Origin: Octopus sinensis
Taxonomy: Eukaryota
Reading direction: 5' to 3'
DNA: 64,000 nt
Assembly (NCBI RefSeq): GCF_006345805.1
Contig: NC_043012.1
Span: 15,128,001 to 15,192,000 of the forward strand
Made by a program: the position numbers and the translations under genes. This document shows, piece after piece, positions 26,714 to 40,294 of this stretch (position 1 is the first letter of the stretch; every line of letters starts with the position of its first letter). Under the pieces are notes generated by a model, which searched no databases, had not been told where the DNA came from, and worked only from the letters and a program-made list of their open reading frames with translations.

Positions 26714-27673
26714 CTAGCAGTATCGCCCGGCGTTGCTCGGGTTTGTAAGGGAAATAACTATATAAGCATTTTTAGAGAGTTATAGCCAAAAAATAGCAAA
26801 AAAATGCATTAAAAATGGAAAAAAAATTAAGGTAAATTTTTTTTTAAATCGTTGACACATCGTAGATAATTTTAGAGAGTTACTTCCCTTATATAATAGC
26901 GAAAAAATGCATTAAAATGGAAAAATATGATGGTAAATTTTTTTTAAATCGTAGACTCATCGTAGACGCGCGCTAATACCCAGAAGGGCTCGATATGAAT
27001 CACAACTATAAGATACCCGCTTTTGGTTAAACTGCACCGCAAAATGTGGGAGTAGTTACGAATCTAAATCGTAGGAGACAGACACACAACTTCACTCTTA
27101 TATAAAGATGCTTTTTTTTTCAGTCATAGAGTTAGATTTATGAAGGTCTTCAGTAGAAAATCCTTCGAATTCTGACTCGCTGCTTGATATAATGAAATTC
27201 GTATCCATTTTTTGTCAGAATTACAAATTTTGAAAACACAATAGGAACAAATTTCGGAAAAAAATCTCCCATAATTCACGGAATTAAAATTACACTTCGA
27301 TTTTTGTACAAAACTGTATTTGAAGTGTTTACGAAGTATAATACGTGTTTTCACGAATGTACTAAAGAGATTTACTCTGATAGACAGAAACAAATATTAC
27401 ATCTAGTTTCACTTTATTCGTTGCACACTGTGTGTGTGCGTTTGCGTATGCTGTAAACCAGACTAAGAAAAGCATTTGACATACACACCAGAATGTGAGT
27501 TTTCTGTAAATTTTGCTTAATTGGAGTTTAAATTTTAAAAACTGGACCTGGCAAAACCCGATGCATTCTACTCTTAAAAATGCTAGGTAAATTGTAATTG
27601 AAGAAATCCTATATTGTAGATTTCTATAACTGACAAAGGGAGGCAGATAAAATCTGCCTTTTATAATAAGAGA
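26714..27673 (-). mobile_element. Non-autonomous Helitron
   Basis: 5' TCTCTTATTATAAAAGG, 3' hairpin CCCGAGCAACGCCGGG then CTAG, inserted at A|T in (TA)n, no TSD. Confidence 0.92.
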
Positions 27674-28072
27674 TATATATACACAGGGTGGTGCAAAAAT
27701 ATGGACTCATAGGGAAATTTTTAAAATGTATTTATCTTTAATATGATTTTGATCATTTAATTATCATATCTAATTATATTTTTTAATTTTCAGATTTGTA
27801 GCCATGGCAGAAACGCTAACAATTTCAGAAAGAATAGAATTTGTGTTTCTGTCTGTATGCAAAGGATGGTGCCAGCTTAAATCAGTGGTTTTATGCTAAC
27901 AGACCAAGATGCTAACATTACAAGTGCTAAAAGGTAACATCACACAAGAAATTGAAATCACAAGAGGGAACAGTTATGCTCAGAAATGTGCAAAGGCGGC
28001 CAGTTGGCAGTGAATGGCATGGATTCATTACTATGAAATTTAAAAGTTATTTTACTGCATAATAGGCACAGG

Positions 28073-28225
28073 TGTGGCTGTGTGGTAAGAAGCTTGCTTC
28101 CAACCACATGGTTCCGAATTCAGTCCCACTGCATGGCACCTTGGGCAAGTGTCTTCTGCTATAGCCTCAGGCCGACCAAAGCCTTGTCAGTGGATTTGGT
28201 TGACAGAAACTGAAAGAAGCCTGTC
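28073..28225 (+). mobile_element. tRNA-derived SINE, representative copy
   Basis: ggctgtgtggtaagaag..ggttcagtccc head, body caccttgggcaagtgtcttc; copies at 1-110, 23760-23905, 30146-30300, 63561-63690 and others. Confidence 0.85.
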
Positions 28226-28227
28226 GC

Positions 28228-28267
<40 letters not shown>

Positions 28268-30364
28268 TTATTACCACTTGACAACAGGTGTTGGTGTTTA
28301 CATCCCTGTAGCTTACCAGTTCAGCAAAAGAAACCGATAGAATAAGTTCCAGGCTTAAAAAATAAGTCCTGGAGTCAAGGCGGTGCTCCAGCATGGCTGC
28401 AGTCAAATGACTGAAGCAAGTAAAAGTATAACGGAAGTTTAAAACCACCTATCCTTATGGCTCATTCAGTGCATTTAAAGGAATTTTTTGCTAACTTGGA
28501 GATCCTTTTTAATGCAATATAAAACAGTGATCAACAATAGGACCTTAGTGGAGGAATCAAAGTAACCACTATACTAATGGAAATGCAAGGGGGACCCACC
28601 AAGCTCCGCTGCTTACTAAGCGAGACACTCATGCAATTCCAGACCAATTTAACAGAAAAAGATTACCAACTAGAACTTCATATATTTTCTGCAAGAGACA
28701 ACATTCAATCAGTTCCTTTAGTTGGATCCAAAGAAAATATTTTTTCCACTTCTTCACATTAAGTCTGGCTTAATATATTTTGTTATGGCAAAGGTAAAAA
28801 ATTTTACAATTTTTTTATTTCTCTCAGAGGTATTACCAAAATTAAATATTGCAAAATTTAAAGACAAAGTCTTTACATGACCTCATATCTGAGAGGCATT
28901 AAACGATAAAACTTCTGATGAAACATTGTACCCGAGCTAAAAGCTTGATGTGTCTTCAGAAGAATGTGTGCAAATGTCTTTGGAAATTGTGGGTCTCGTT
29001 TTTGAAATGGAAATGAGAAACTGATTAAGACTCAGAGTTGTCACAAATCTCTTAAATTACATTTCTTACATTCACACCAAGATTTCATTACTGAAAATCT
29101 TGATGCAACAATTGATGAAGACATTGACTTCAGCAGGACTGCTAATCTAAAGAAGCTTGCTATCAAGGATTCTGGAATGAAACCAGGGTGACACACTATT
29201 GTTAGCTATTACATAAAAAGGACACTAAGTCATATTTATCACATTTTTGACTAAAGATATGAGTACACACACACACAACCACACTCCTCGACATCATTAT
29301 TATTTTAAACATTCACTTTTCCATGCTTGCAAGAGTCAGACGAAATTCACTGAGGCAAATTTTCTACAACTGGATGCCCTTCCTGTTAGCAACCTTAACA
29401 TGTACCCAAGTAGGATATTTCTTCATGATTAGCTGTTTTCAGAAAAGATTAGAAACAAAAAGATAATCACTTGTATGGTGGTGACACTCATTTACAACTA
29501 TCACCCAATGTCAAAACAAGGAAACACAAAACACACGTCTTTTATTCAGTTTCAATAACATAAGTATTTTTTAATAATATATTATTATTAATATTAGGAA
29601 ATCAATATCAAACTTTTATATCTCTGAAGAGCAGCAGCGTTGTCTATAAATGCTTATCAATATAGGATTTCATTATAGGGACAACTCTTCTATGAAACGA
29701 TTGTAAGATGCTTCAAATAATTAATTCAAAACTTTTTAACTGTCATATCCATTATATATTTATACATATTTACATACATTTTTATACATATTTATATTTA
29801 TTTATATATTTTTAATACAACAATTATTTTTCAGGGCATCCAGCTGTAGAAACACTGCCAGATCAGACTGGAGCCTGGCTTGCCAAACCCCTGTTGAACT
29901 GTCCAACCCATGCTAGCATGAAAAACGAACGTTTAAACGATGATGATGATGATGTGTATATCTTTCTGAGGAGTTTTGATATTGATTTCCTAATATTAAT
30001 AATATATTATTAAAAAATATATATGTATATAATTGCTCGTATTAAATATATAAATACTTTGATACAATTGAGCACTCAATATAATTTCAGTAAATAATAT
30101 TCTCATTGAATATATTTAACTAAAGTTTCAATAACATTATATGCAAGCATGGCTGTGTGGTAAGAAACTTACTTCCCAACTACGTGGTTCCAGGTACTGT
30201 CCCACTGTATAGCACCTTGGGCAAGTGTTTTCTTCAATAGCCTCAGGCCAACCAAAGCCTAGTGAGTGGACTTGGAGGACGGAAACTAAAAGAAGCCTGC
30301 TGCATATATCATTATGTGCTTGTGTCTTTGTGTCTGTGTTTGTCATGACTGAAACAAGTAAAAG

Positions 30365-31700
30365 AATGTTAGAGAAGGTCACAGCCCAATTAATTAGGGG
30401 GAGAGTTAGTCTAGAGGAGATGCAGTTTGGTTTTGTGCCAGGGAGTAGCACCAATAATACTATATTTCTGGTAAGGCAGCTGCAAGAGAAATACATAGCC
30501 AAAGATAAACCTCTGCACTTGGTTTTTGCTGACTTGGAAAAAGCCTTTGGCAGGGTGCCCTGATCTCTTATTTGGTGGTCAATGTGGAAACTAGGGATAG
30601 ATGAGTGGTTGGTGAGAGCAGAAAGATGAGGGTTGGCAATGAGTACAGCAAAAAATTCAGGGTACAGGTAGGGGCTCACCAAGGATCAGTCTTCATCTTC
30701 CTTTTGTTCATCATAGTCCTCCAAATGACAGAGGAATTTAAGACGGGTTGCCCCTGGGAGTTCTTCTATGCTGATGACCTTGTTCTTATAGCTGAATCGC
30801 TACCAGAACTATAGAAATTTCAAGTATGGAGGCAAAGTTTAGAATCAAAGGGCCGAGTTAACCTAGCAAAAACCAAAGTCTTAGTAAAGAGGAAGGCAGA
30901 CAAATCACAAATCCCTTCAGGTAGATGGCCCTGCTCGATCTATAGAAAAAGCATAAGTAGAAACTCCATAAGATGGTACCCAATGTAAGCTATGGACACA
31001 CAAGAGGTGCAGAAACATATCAGAGGAAGGTTAACATGGAAAATAATGAGGAAGATGCACAGGTATAATAAACACTGAAAATAGATTCCATCAATTGCCA
31101 GGGGAGTAAGCTAGAGATAGTAGCTAGCTTCCATTATCAAGGCAACCAAGTTAGTAATGGAGGAGTATGATCTGAGAGTGTAACTGTGAGAATAAGAATA
31201 GACTGGGGCAAAGTTCAGGGAGCTCTGAAGACAACAAAGGGCCTCTCCCTTAGAGTGAAAGGCAGATTGCATGATGCCTGTGTGTGTGAACAGCTGTGCT
31301 ACACAGCAGTGAAACATGAGCTGCGACAGCCGAGGACATGCGCAGGCTTGAAAGAAATGAAGCCAGTATGCTTTGCTGGATGTGCAATGTCAGTGTTCAT
31401 GTCAACAGAGTATAAGCATCTTGAGGGAAAAGTTGGGCATAAGAGACATCAGATGCGGTGTGCAAGAGGGATGGCTGCATTGGTATGGTCATGTGATGAG
31501 TATGGATAAGGACAGATGTGTAAAGAAGTGCTGATCTCTAAGTGTTGAGGGAACTTGTGGTAGAGGTAGACCCAGGAAGACATGGGACGAGGTGGTGAAG
31601 TATGATCTTTGAACTTTGAGTCTCACCGAGGCAATGACTAGTGACTGAGACCTTTGGTGATATGCTGTGCTTGAGAAGACTCATCAAACCAAGTGAAATC
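30365..31700 (+). mobile_element. RTE-clade LINE, 5'-truncated and decayed
   Basis: EMQFGFVPG..IFLVRQLQEKY..FADLEKAF, HQGS and YADDLVL RT motifs; 3' tail also seen at 16430-16610. Confidence 0.92.
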
Positions 31701-33439
31701 ATAGTTGTGGCTGATGCTGGCATCATTTAACTTGCACCTGTGCCAGTGGCACATAAAAAGCACTTTTTGGGTGTTGAGCATTACAGAGGAATGACTGAGA
31801 CCGTTGGTAAGTAAAATTGTAGTCATGGCAGATACTGGTGTCATGTAAAAGCTCCCGTTACACTCTCAGATTGGCTGGCGTTAGGAAGGGCATCCAGCTG
31901 TAGAAACACTGCCAAATCAAACTGGAGTCTGGTGCAGCCTTTCAACTTGCCAGCCCTGGTCAAACTGTTCAATCCATGCCAGCATGGACAACACATGTTA
32001 AATGATGATGATGATATATATATATATACATACACACACACACACACACACATACATATCACTGTCTTGAACAATAGTTGCACCCAGATTTTTTTCAAGA
32101 AAGAAATCTAGGTGTGAATGTAAGAAATGTAAATTAAACCTTACGTTACTGTATTTATTTTAAGATGCTCTGTGTTTCTTTCAATTATAACAAAGAATTT
32201 AGTCAAATAACTTAGTTATCACTAAGTTAGTGTTAGGAACATAAATTGTGACAAAGGTTTCCAGTGCCGGTTTCAACCAGGTTGGTCACTAAAGGGTTAT
32301 TAAGAGACTTGTGACAAATCTTTGAAACTCTTATTCAGTTTCTCAACTCCATTTCAAAAAATGAGACCCACCATTTTCAAAGAAGTTTATATATGTGTGG
32401 TTGGCGTTAGGAAGGGCATCCAGCTGTAGAAACTCTGCCAGATCAGATTGGAGCCTGGTGCAGCCATCTGGTTCGCCAGTCCCCAGTCAAACCGTCCAAC
32501 CCATGCCAAAATGGAAAGCAGACGTTAAATGATGATGATGATATGTATGTATCATCATTTTAGGTTTGTCTTCTATGTTAGCGTGGGTTGGGCGGTTTGA
32601 CAGGATCCAACCCAGAGGATTGCAATAAACCCCAATAACTGTTTAGGTATGATCACTGGAGTTCAATGTGGTTCTCCATTTTGTTGAATCCTGTAAAATC
32701 TGTCCAATCAATGCCAGCATGGAAGAGGAATATCAAAGGATGGCATATATCTTTTTCCTGTTTCAGTCAATGAACTGTGGCCATGCTACAGCACTACCTT
32801 GAGTTTTAGTCGAATAAATCACCCCCAGAAATTTGTATTTTAAGCCTGGAATTATGCTATCTATACCTATTGCTGAACTGTTAAGTTACATGGGCATAAA
32901 GAAACCAGTTGTCAAGAGTTGGTTAGGGGACAAACACACACACACACACAGGTGTGTGTGTTGGAATAGTATATGTTTAAGAACACAAACAAAGGTATAG
33001 CTTGTAAATATTGGAGTGAAAAAGGAAACCTTTTGGATAGAAAATATTGAAATCTTCAAATGTTGCTATCCAAAAGAGATTTTCAACACAGTATTTACAC
33101 GCTGTCGTTGATAGCTTTATTTGTGTCCTTCAAGATATATTATTGGAAAACAAAAATCACAATTTCTTCCAAGCTCATAAAATTCTTAAAAAAATCAACA
33201 ATACATACAATATTAGGGTATATATATGCATGTGTGCTTTTGTGTTACAGGTGGTCCCCTACAACCGCTTGATAACCGGTGTTGGTTTGTTTGCGTCCTT
33301 GTAAGCTAGCGGTTCGGCAGAGGAGACTGATACAATAAGTATCGAATTTAGAAAAGCAAGTACTGGGGATCGACTTCTTTGACTAAACCCCCTCAAGGCG
33401 ATGCCCCAACATGGCCGCAGTCCAAATAAGTGAAAGAAA

Positions 33440-33760
33440 TAAAAGGTGCGCGTGTGTAGTAAATACGCGCGCTCTTTTATGTCCGCGCGCACACACTAAA
33501 CCAAGAAGAACACGGCCTAATGTCCAATGTGTGTGAGTGCTTTTTTGAGATAAACATTTCCAACTGCAGTAGCGTCAAGTGGATAACATCTCTTCCTGCA
33601 TAAGTCTCTCGGCAATCACATATAACAACAAACCGCCCCAACCTCAAAACCCGGCCGTCTGTTCCTAAATACTCAGTGGATAAAACGTGGCCTCTATAAT
33701 GCTGCCTGAAAACACCAATGGTTTAGTAGAGGACTGCTCTGAAGGCCAATAAAGTGGGTA
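33440..33760. promoter_or_regulatory. Small CGCG / GC-box / CCAAT-rich element, possible alternative promoter or enhancer
   Basis: CGCGCG and CCGCGCGC runs, CCGCCC, two CCAAT motifs in non-repeat sequence. Confidence 0.3.
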
Positions 33761-34470
33761 ACATTGTACCCTAACAGTCAATTATGGGCTGTTTTATCGA
33801 CTCTCGTTCCCTTTACAATTATGATGTTATTTCAGATATAGGACATTACAATCATTTGATAACTAGAAGAGCATATAACATAATAGACAGGAAAATAGCA
33901 ATATCGAAAGAATGTCATAGGGTGTAAGGATTCTTTCAATATATGGATAGGTAGATAGATGGTTATATAGGTAGATGGATATATAGATAGGTAGGTAGAT
34001 AGACAGACAGAAAGATAGATAGGTAGGTAGATATATAAATAGGTAGAGACACACGTGTCACCTGCTAGACTTTGTTTCCTCATACCTTTCAGAAAAATGG
34101 ACATTTATAATGAAATTTTATTAAAATACATTTCAGGTGTTGTAGATTATATTCGTATCGAAATTTGTTGTGAAAATTGTTTTCTGAGAAGGTGAGGAGT
34201 TTCGAATAATTCATACGAATCGACTTTGTTTCCTCAAAAACTCTCAGAAAAATGGGTATTTTTTTCTTTTTTTTTTTTTAGTGACATTCTTAACAAATAC
34301 CTTTCAGAAGAAGATTACAATTCTATCGGAATTTATGTTAAGAAAAAAAAAAAAAATTAGTGGGCGCGTACAGACATACATCACACATAGATACAAGTAC
34401 CTCACACATATATCTACATGAAACTTGAAATTTAAAAAAAAAAATTGTGATGTGTAATTAGTATGTAGTG

Positions 34471-34502
<32 letters not shown>

Positions 34503-35642
34503 TATACATATACACATATGACACAAAAATCAGCTATGGCAGAATAAAATCTAAGTCAGAACATTTATTAGCAAAAAGTGAACATCTACTTCAGCAGGAA
34601 GAGAAAACAGTTATAACATCTCTTATTATAACTGTTGACATCTTGAATATAAGGACAATAGAGATTAAGGGCGATAAAATGGGGGTTTTTGTTTAACGTT
34701 TTCTTTTCTACCAAAGCAAAAAATAATAATAATAACGTAATGGAAAAATAAACCCCGACACAGAAAGAAAATTAGAACGGAGCTAACCCAGTTCTGTCCC
34801 GAAGAGAAGAAGAAAAGTGGAGCAGTTTATTTATTTGTTTTGCTTTGCTTTTTGTAGAAAACGTGCTTTTAAAAAAATGTTTAATTATTTTTAAAAATGT
34901 TTAATGATTTTTAAAAAATAAATCCAGAAATGTGAGTTGGTTCAAATATTAAGCCTGGCTGAAAAGGCAATTGAAAAGCTGCAAGTGGCGGCAAATAGGT
35001 TGGAGTGTGAAGAACATCGAAGGAAGACGAAAGTTTGGTTTTTTCTTTCTCTTTTCGATGATGGAACAATGCGGATTGCTTTGCTTTGCTATTCGAAGAG
35101 TCGGTCTATTAAATTACTACTTTTATGGAAGAGATTAAATATTAAGAGAAGAGGGAAACGTTGTGTGTCGTTTAGGAATTACGTTAAAGTGAAAGGAGTT
35201 TTCGATTTGGTTTTTTGAAAAGATTCTGAGAGACTCGAGGAGTCTTCCTCGTTTAATTAAAATCGCTTCTAAAGCTCGATAATTAATCGTTGATAAAAAC
35301 CAAGCAACAGAGATTGAATTTAGCGGTCTCCATATAACGCTGTGCCTATATATAACGTTATATTTGCCTGTATTTATTTGGAGGGAAATAAAGAGAATCG
35401 ATGGAAAAGAGGAGAAAATATTTGCAAGTTCTCCTCGAAAACTTGTTTGGTTGATTCTCGTTCGTTGTTCTGTGAAGCAGCCTTGGACAACAGACACGAA
35501 TAGCGCGAAACGCAACGGCCATTCACCGAGATAATTACAGTTCTTACAAGAATTTCACGTGTACAAACGAAAATTTCGCTTCATTCGAAATTAAAACGGC
35601 CAACAATGAGATAAATCAATAGAAATTACTTGCATAACTCAC

Positions 35643-35720
35643 CACACAGATAAATCCTCCATTTGTTTGACTTGCTTGTGTTTGTCTACCGTATGGCAAC
35701 GGTTTCTAAGAAGCTACGGG
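35643..35720 (-). promoter_or_regulatory. Candidate first exon / TSS region of the minus-strand gene
   Basis: Perfect GTGAGT donor at 35642, ATG in strong context (acaaATGG) at 35662, imperfect RFX X-box-like GTTGCCATACGGTAGAC at 35684-35700, inside a visibly CpG-rich TE-poor tract. 5' limit is approximate. Confidence 0.5.
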
Positions 35721-36214
35721 TCGTCAAACGAACAGCATTCTAATTGTTAACCGTTTGTACAATCATTGAGTTAGCTTCGATTAGAGTTTTTTTTTAATAT
35801 TATCATTTGGAAATAAAATATAGATTAAATAAAATTTCTAAATGGCTTCATTGAAAATAAAACGTCGAATAATTAAATGTTTTTTACATACAAGGGAGAT
35901 TACTCTACATTTTATGTTCTCAACATGTCAACATCTGAAATGATTTATAAATAAATTAGTTTTTATGATGGCATTTAAACTGGTAATCTTCGTTATTTCT
36001 GATTACGCTCCCCTTGTTTGAACGTGAATTCAATACACGTAGAAACAAAACAATGCCCAGTCCAGAAGCTTTCATCTGGTTTCCAGAAATCAAGGAATTC
36101 TAATGCTATGCAGTGCAATATGCTATAAACAGACCCTGTTATTAAGTTGATTCATTTGTATGCGGTGTGTTAAAAATAGTTTTGTTCCTTACTTTTTTAA
36201 GTGGATTCATAAAG

Positions 36215-36510
36215 ATTAAAACATGTTCCGCTTTAAAATTGTATTAATTTGTACCTGTGAAATAAAATCAAGTATTTTTTTTTTCAATTCGTTTATTGTA
36301 TATTTTTAAGAACTTAAAGTGGATTAATAAATATCAAGACAGATCCTGCTTTAGATGTGTATTTATTTGAATCTGTTAAATACAATTTAGCTCTTTACTT
36401 TTCACAGTTTATTTTATATTTTAAGTATATATTTAGACTGCCTCCAAAAAATCCAGAAATCCGGGACACTTCCGGTCCCAAGCTTGCCGGATAATTGGTC
36501 CCGTACCGTA
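36215..36510 (+). mobile_element. Tigger-like DNA transposon 3' remnant
   Basis: aatccgggacacttccggtcccaagc end; related copy at about 20910-21215. Confidence 0.55.
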
Positions 36511-37599
36511 TTATTCCCTAAGAGTCTTTTAATATTCAGAAAGAAATGAAAACATAAACAGAACCAGTTTTTTCGGATCCTAGGTTTACTTTCTCCTCCT
36601 TCTTTTACTATATGTTTATGCATAGTCGCTGTATTTTACATAATAATTATAAAAATACGTTTTTCACAAATTAAGTAGACTTTTAATTGATGTAATAAAC
36701 TATTCACGTAATACGACAAAAAACAAATTGCACGCCTTTTTATTTATTTATATATTTCTGACTAACTTTTCTTTTCTCTCTCTTTTTCGTCGTTAATTCG
36801 GAAGTAGTGTAATCCTGTTTAACTTACAGGTGAAAGAAAACAGAGTCGCTTTAAAAACAAATCTCAAATATATTACTGCATCTAAATTTTTTCTTTACTC
36901 TCTATTCTTGTTAAAATCGCTATTTCCAGGTCGCAAAGTATGAGTAAATAGAGCGGCTGATAACCCTGACACACACGCACCAAAAATATATTGGGGGAAA
37001 ATCCAGTAATTTACGTTAAACTGAACACGTGTAAAGTAATTGTTGCTTGCTTATAAATTTCTCTCTCGCTAAACGAATGTTGTCAAATCAAGTTAGAAAT
37101 ACAATCTACTTTTTGTGTGTATGTGGAACAATAACATTACAGAAAACATCAATTTCTATCTTAGATCAAGGAAGATCTTATATGGTTATTAAAAAAAAAC
37201 TGGTGTGTTTATATTAGAGGAATAAAATAAAAGTATGTGTCCAGTGAATTTCAAGTTAATATTATTATAGTTACTGTTACAATATAGTTCTTTTTTTGGT
37301 AAATAACAAACTCGTTTGCGTTTTACTTTATTCTTGTACGCTAGGATGATTATTAGGAACAAAAGCAAAACTTTAATTTCTTATGAAATGTCAATTTAAT
37401 ACTTTTAAACGATCTCACATCTTATAATATAAAAATAATAATGAAATTATTGTATACAGTGCTCAGGTGCACCACAACTTGTCAGACAGTGCATATAAAG
37501 CATATGCATTAATGTACAAATGTCTGGGAAGTGAACGGTGTATGAGTCAGATACATGCTTGTGTGTGTATGGAGGGGAGAAAATCTGGTGTAGTGTTGG

Positions 37600-37860
37600 T
37601 GAATCTCAGAAAGCATGGAAGTTTTGAAGGATGCAGTACTCCGACAACTAACAACTGATGCCGGCAGTTTGTTCCATGCTTCAGCAACTCTCAGCGTGAA
37701 AAAATGTTTCCTAAAGTCATGGGAGCTGTGCTGTTTTCTGACTTTGTAAATATGTCCACGGGTTTTAGATGGGTGGAGTTTGAAAAGGTGCTCAGAGTTA
37801 TTGTTTGTGAGATGGTTGATAATTTTATGGGTGTCTGCCAAGTCAGCTGCCACAAGTTAA
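37600..37860 (-). mobile_element. CR1-type LINE 3' fragment
   Basis: TRGHIYKVRKQHSSHDFRKHFFTLRVAEAWNKLPASVV..SFK, the typical CR1 C-terminus. Confidence 0.85.
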
Positions 37861-38374
37861 ACTACACAAGTATTAAATGCCAAGGATGATATAAAGATGA
37901 AAGGAGCAAAAACCTTTCCTAATGGCAGGTCATCTGCCAAATTCTAAGGCACAATGGATGAGTTGAAAAGGGGATATAGGTACATCAGCAAATTCTTTAA
38001 ACGAATAAGTTGAAGAGCTAAATTGATTCAGTAGTATTTTTTCTTAATCTTGGGATTACTGTTGCTGAGCTACACTTCACTTTACCTTTTTTTTGCTTGC
38101 TTTTTTTTCTATTTTACTCCATTGGAACTCAGCATTGATCTTCTGCGGACTATTCCCCTACCCCGTTTCCCCAGACCCTGCTCCTCGCTCCCACGGGTCA
38201 CCAGTCTCATAGGTAATTTAATTCTATATCAATATTATCGTTGTCATGCAGGCTGCTACCAGTGGGAGATTAACAAAGATTTACTAGGAATCATATACCC
38301 TCCAGCCTTCTTCAGGAGTCTTGGGGAAATTTCAAACCCGGGTTCTCATTCCTAAGGTATTTTTCAATGTTAAA

Positions 38375-38405
<31 letters not shown>

Positions 38406-38639
38406 TTATTGTTCAGGTCACTGCCTGGAATCAAACTCGGAATCTTGGGGTTAGTAGCCCGCGCTCTTAACCACTACACCATATACCCATGAATAATGTA
38501 CATAATTCCTCATCTCTTAAATATAGAACAGCTTTGATGGTTCTGTTTGTATGTATTGGAAAGTCCCCAAAAAACGTTTCACTTTCTTCCTCAATTACAG
38601 CCTCAGACTAATACTTATACTACTTGTCAACAGTTTTCA

Positions 38640-39160
38640 TTTTATAGCAGACATATTCACCAGTGTAGATATTGTCTAACTCTGTCATGTCTTGCTTTAT
38701 ACTCTCTAAGTGCTAAAACTTTACATCCACAGATTAAGTGGTCCACTCTTTCAGTTTCATCATTGCATAATTGGTACTTTGGATCTACTCCATTTTATAT
38801 CACATTGGCTTGATAGTTCTGGGCCAATGAGCTTTGATATTGAACAGATAGGATGAAGCCTTCACTCTCTGCCTTTAGCCCTGAGCTTTGTAGTCACTGA
38901 TGGGTGTGCTTCTGGTCTACCTTAGCTTCTTTGCTATGGACCACATATTTTCCATGTAGAGGGTTCTGCTCCCATCTACCTACCTTTTCTTTGCTATTAA
39001 TCTTATTTTCTTTGCAACAACAGTTGCCACACTTCCCTCAGGCTGTCATTCATGAAGCCAATAGCAAATTTTTTACTCTTTTTTGCAGTAGAATGAAGCC
39101 TTTTATGCTTCTCGTGATTTCCAATATTTATTTACTCCAAACTGCATCCCAGTATCCTTG
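38640..39160 (-). mobile_element. R4/Dong-like (RLE-type) LINE fragment
   Basis: LHGKY..LKAESEGFI..Q..NY..C..E..DHLICGCKVLA.REYKARHDRV..LHW, the zinc-knuckle region of RLE retrotransposons, with stops. Confidence 0.8.
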
Positions 39161-39783
39161 TTGAATGCTCTTACTGCTTGGATCAAAGAATCCAAGAAAT
39201 AATAACTACAGGACAAAGGGAAATAACGACAATGACAACAACCATGGCAACTACAGAGGAATCAACAACAATGGAAGCAATAATATTGATGGGGAAAAGG
39301 AATAATGATTATGAGTTCAGTTCTATATTTAAGAGATGAGGAATTATGTACATTATTTACATTTGACGGATATTTGTCCTCATTTTGTTTGTTGTTAACG
39401 CAATGTTTTGGCTGATATATCTTCCAGCCTTCATCAGGTGGCTTGGGGAAATTTCAAACCTGAATAAGGGTTGTTTAATGCAAGGTGGCGAGCTGGCAGA
39501 AACGTTAGCACGCCGGGCGAAATGCGTCGCCGTATTTCGTCTGCCGCTACGTTCTGAGTTCAAATTCCGCCATGGTCGACTTTGCTTTTCATCCGATCTA
39601 ATCGACTTAATCCGTTTGTCTGTCCTTGTTTGTCCTCTCTGTGTTTAGCCCCTTGTGGGTAGTAAATAAATAGTTATTATTATTATTATTATTATTATTG
39701 TTGTTGTTCAGGTCACTGCCTGAAATCAAACTCGGAATCTTGGGGTTCGTAGCCTGTTCTCTTAACGACTACACCATATGTCC

Positions 39784-39883
39784 GTAGAGGTTAAGAGTGC
39801 AGGTACTAACCCCAAGATTCCAAGTTTGATTCCAGGAAGTGACCTGAATAATGATAATAATAATAATAATAATAATGATAGTG

Positions 39884-39920
<37 letters not shown>

Positions 39921-40008
39921 ATAATAATAATGATAATGATAATAATAATAATGAATAATGATAATAAGGATAATGATAATAATAATGATAATAATAATAA
40001 TAATGATA

Positions 40009-40051
<43 letters not shown>

Positions 40052-40100
40052 ATAATAATAATGATAATAATAATAATAATAATGAATAATGATAATAATG

Positions 40101-40134
<34 letters not shown>

Positions 40135-40272
40135 CATCGAAAAATACCTTAGGAATGAGAAACCAAGTTCGAAATTTCCCCAAGACACCTGATGAATGCT
40201 GGAGGGTATATCAGATGAAACGTGTTAACAACAAACAAGATGAGGACAAATATCTCTCAAATGTAAATGATT
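39784..40272 (+). mobile_element. tRNA-headed short element with (TAA)n linker and hammerhead-like tail
   Basis: Head GTAGAGGTTAAGAG..AGTTTGATTCC, ~280 bp (TAA)n, tail with gacac-CTGATGA; other pieces at 38291-38490 (-), 39316-39470 (-) and 39700-39782 (-). Confidence 0.75.
39850..40135. repeat. (TAA/TGA)n microsatellite
   Basis: Direct reading. Confidence 0.98.
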
Positions 40273-40294
40273 ATGATGTAAATAATAATGGTGC

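Larger units (their letters stand above)
34900..37000. promoter_or_regulatory. CpG-retaining promoter-like region
   Basis: CG dinucleotides visibly more frequent than in flanks, few SINEs; not quantified. Confidence 0.45.

Noticed and set aside
38410-38490. tRNA gene-like sequence (also 39700-39850 and 61590-61666)
   Set aside because: Anticodon and acceptor stems are broken and each continues into a repeat body: SINE heads, not tRNA genes.
39769-40188. Long poly-Ile/Tyr/Leu ORFs
   Set aside because: Translations of the (TAA)n microsatellite.
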